Assembly (NCBI GenBank): GCA_964016885.1
Contig: OZ024741.1
Coordinates: forward strand, 388,616,001-388,680,000
DNA: 64,000 nt
Origin: Eledone cirrhosa
Lineage: Eukaryota
Direction of reading: 5' to 3'
This document shows, in pieces, positions 62,255-64,000 of this stretch (positions are counted from its first letter, which is position 1; every line of letters begins with the position of its first letter). Position numbers and translations under genes: made by a program. Under the pieces are notes generated by a model. It saw only the letters and a program-made list of their open reading frames with translations, searched no databases and was not told the DNA's origin.

Positions 62255-64000
62255 TTGGGGTTAATGATGGTGATGGTGTTGGTGTTTGGGTTGATGGGGT
62301 TGGTGATGCTGGTGTGGATGGTGGTATATCTGTCCTAACTTTTTTGTTTCTTAATTTATTTGTTTCCCTCTGTATTTTGTTTTTGGAGGGGGAAGGAAGA
62401 GAATTTTTTCTTTTTTGGTTTCTTTTTTTTTTCCTGATACAGTTTCCCACTCCTCGTCGTCACAATCTGTCACCAGTTGTGATAGGTCGGGGAGTGGAAA
62501 ATCCTCCACAGGCGTTGGTTTTGGTTGTGGCGTGGTTGTTGGTGGAGGCGCTGGTGCTAGTTCTGGCGCGGTGGGTGGTGGTGGTGTTGGTTTTGCTACT
62601 GTTGTTGGGGTTGCTGCTGCTACAGTTGTTGTTGCCATTTCTGCTGCTGGTGGTGTTGATGGTTGAGTCACTGGGGTGGGTAAGAGAGGTGGCCTCAACT
62701 TTTTAGCCTGAGGGCAAAAAGCCTTTAGGTGGGTTCCTTCACCACAATCGACACACCTAGGCCTTCTACCCTCGACGATTACGGTGAGGTGGCTGCCGTC
62801 AGTGAGGTCTATTACCTCTGGGATTTCCTCAATGCTTTTTTGGTCTGCTTGAATCAGGAGCTCCATCCCAGATCCGGACCAGTTCTCCTGCTTTTCTTTT
62901 GATATTTCAATTATTTTGGTGTTGGCTTCGATGCCGGCGAAGACGGCAGCCATTAGCCAGGGAATTTCGATGGCCGGTGGACGTCAGTCACCCTGATCTT
63001 CACGAGTCTCTGGTCACAATAGCTTGGGACGAGTGTGAAGTCGTCGCTTCTTAATGGGGTCATGGAGTGCTCTCTGGCCTCCTGTGGTGTTCCAAAGAAC
63101 ATGTCCACGGTTCCATATTTCTGCCCACGTCTGATGTGGGTTTTTTTCGCCCACACATGTCCCAAAGCTTTTGGGATTTGGGACTCGGATGCCCGTTCCA
63201 CTCGGCGCGATTTTGTGTCAATCGTCCGATAAGACACGGTGCATAGGCGCCGATGCTCCATTTTATTAGGTGGGGGAGGGGTGCTGACCCTGTACCCATC
63301 TTTCTTTACCATTCTCTTGGCTTCATTTAATTCCTTCTGAGTTACCTCGATTGTTTCGCATTTCTTGGCTGCTTTGGCAAACGACACATTTGCGGTGGTG
63401 TTGATGTTTTTGTTTTTATTCTCATTGTTGTTGTTGCTGTTGTTGTTATTGTTATTTTTGTTATTGTTATTTTTAGTTTCAGTTGTGGTGGTGGTGGTGT
63501 CAGTGGTGTTCGGTGTGGAAGAGTCGATTCTGGGTGAATCCATTTCGATGTCACGAGATAATAATTTATTTTTTTCTTTTGTTTCTGTTGCCGCTGTGGT
63601 GGTGGTGGGGGTGGCGGCTTTAACACCTGCAGTTTTTAGTAATAGCGGGAAATGAATGCCTGCATGAGACAAATTTAAATTATTGCTACTGCTTATATTT
63701 TTAGTGTTGGCAAATGTAGTAATATTTACAATGGTGGTGCTGGTGTGAGGTGTTAGTTTGTGAGGAAGGCTGTCAGCTTGGTGTAGCTGTGAGTCGTCCA
63801 TGATTTTTTCAAAGAAAGTTTTTGTTTGATAATTATAAAAGTTTAAATTTTGGACTCAAGGCCCCAATCTTTTTGAGTGTCCTTTTCCGAAAACAATATA
63901 TGTGAACTTATATACACTTAACAACAAAAATTTTCCATAAATGGCAATTTGAAACAACTGAAAACAACAAACCTTTGCGGAGCTCACGATAATACGATTT
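62252..64000 (-). mobile_element. Tx1/L1-group element, copy D: 5'UTR + ORF1 only, runs off the window
   Basis: ORF1 62953-63801 plus 62351-62953 (CVDCGEGTHLKAFC); 5'UTR matches A/C up to about 15 bp from their 5' terminus; ORF2 lost at the junction with the Dong fragment. Confidence 0.92.

Noticed and set aside
40528-63655. Many short ORFs antisense to the Tx1 ORFs, recurring between copies
   Set aside because: They recur only because the copies are near-identical; no motifs, typical shadow frames of GC-rich coding DNA.
40335-64000. Array explained as simple segmental duplication
   Set aside because: Copies A-D differ in subfamily, deletions and neighbours, and the Dong pieces have different 5' truncation points, which fits independent insertions.

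Overview
Eukaryotic, AT-rich, repeat-saturated genomic window with no host gene I can support; the SINE and microsatellite style suggests a cephalopod/octopus (inference). From left to right: a decayed Chapaev3-type (CMC) DNA transposon (2235-4224); an ~18.3 kb G/T-rich minisatellite with kb-scale internal duplications (~4650-22921), which produces spurious giant His/Thr/Pro ORFs; tRNA-derived SINEs and RTE/CR1 fragments; a CsRN1-like Ty3/Gypsy LTR element (28424-33269) nested in an RTE LINE; and, from ~40300 to the window end, a ~24 kb spacer-less array of non-LTR retrotransposons. In that array nearly every junction is a (TAA)n tract. Four Tx1/L1-type APE elements lie on the minus strand and three R4/Dong-type RLE elements or fragments on the plus strand. 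The main finding is that two unrelated endonuclease classes appear to share one microsatellite target in opposite fixed orientations and build a composite array.
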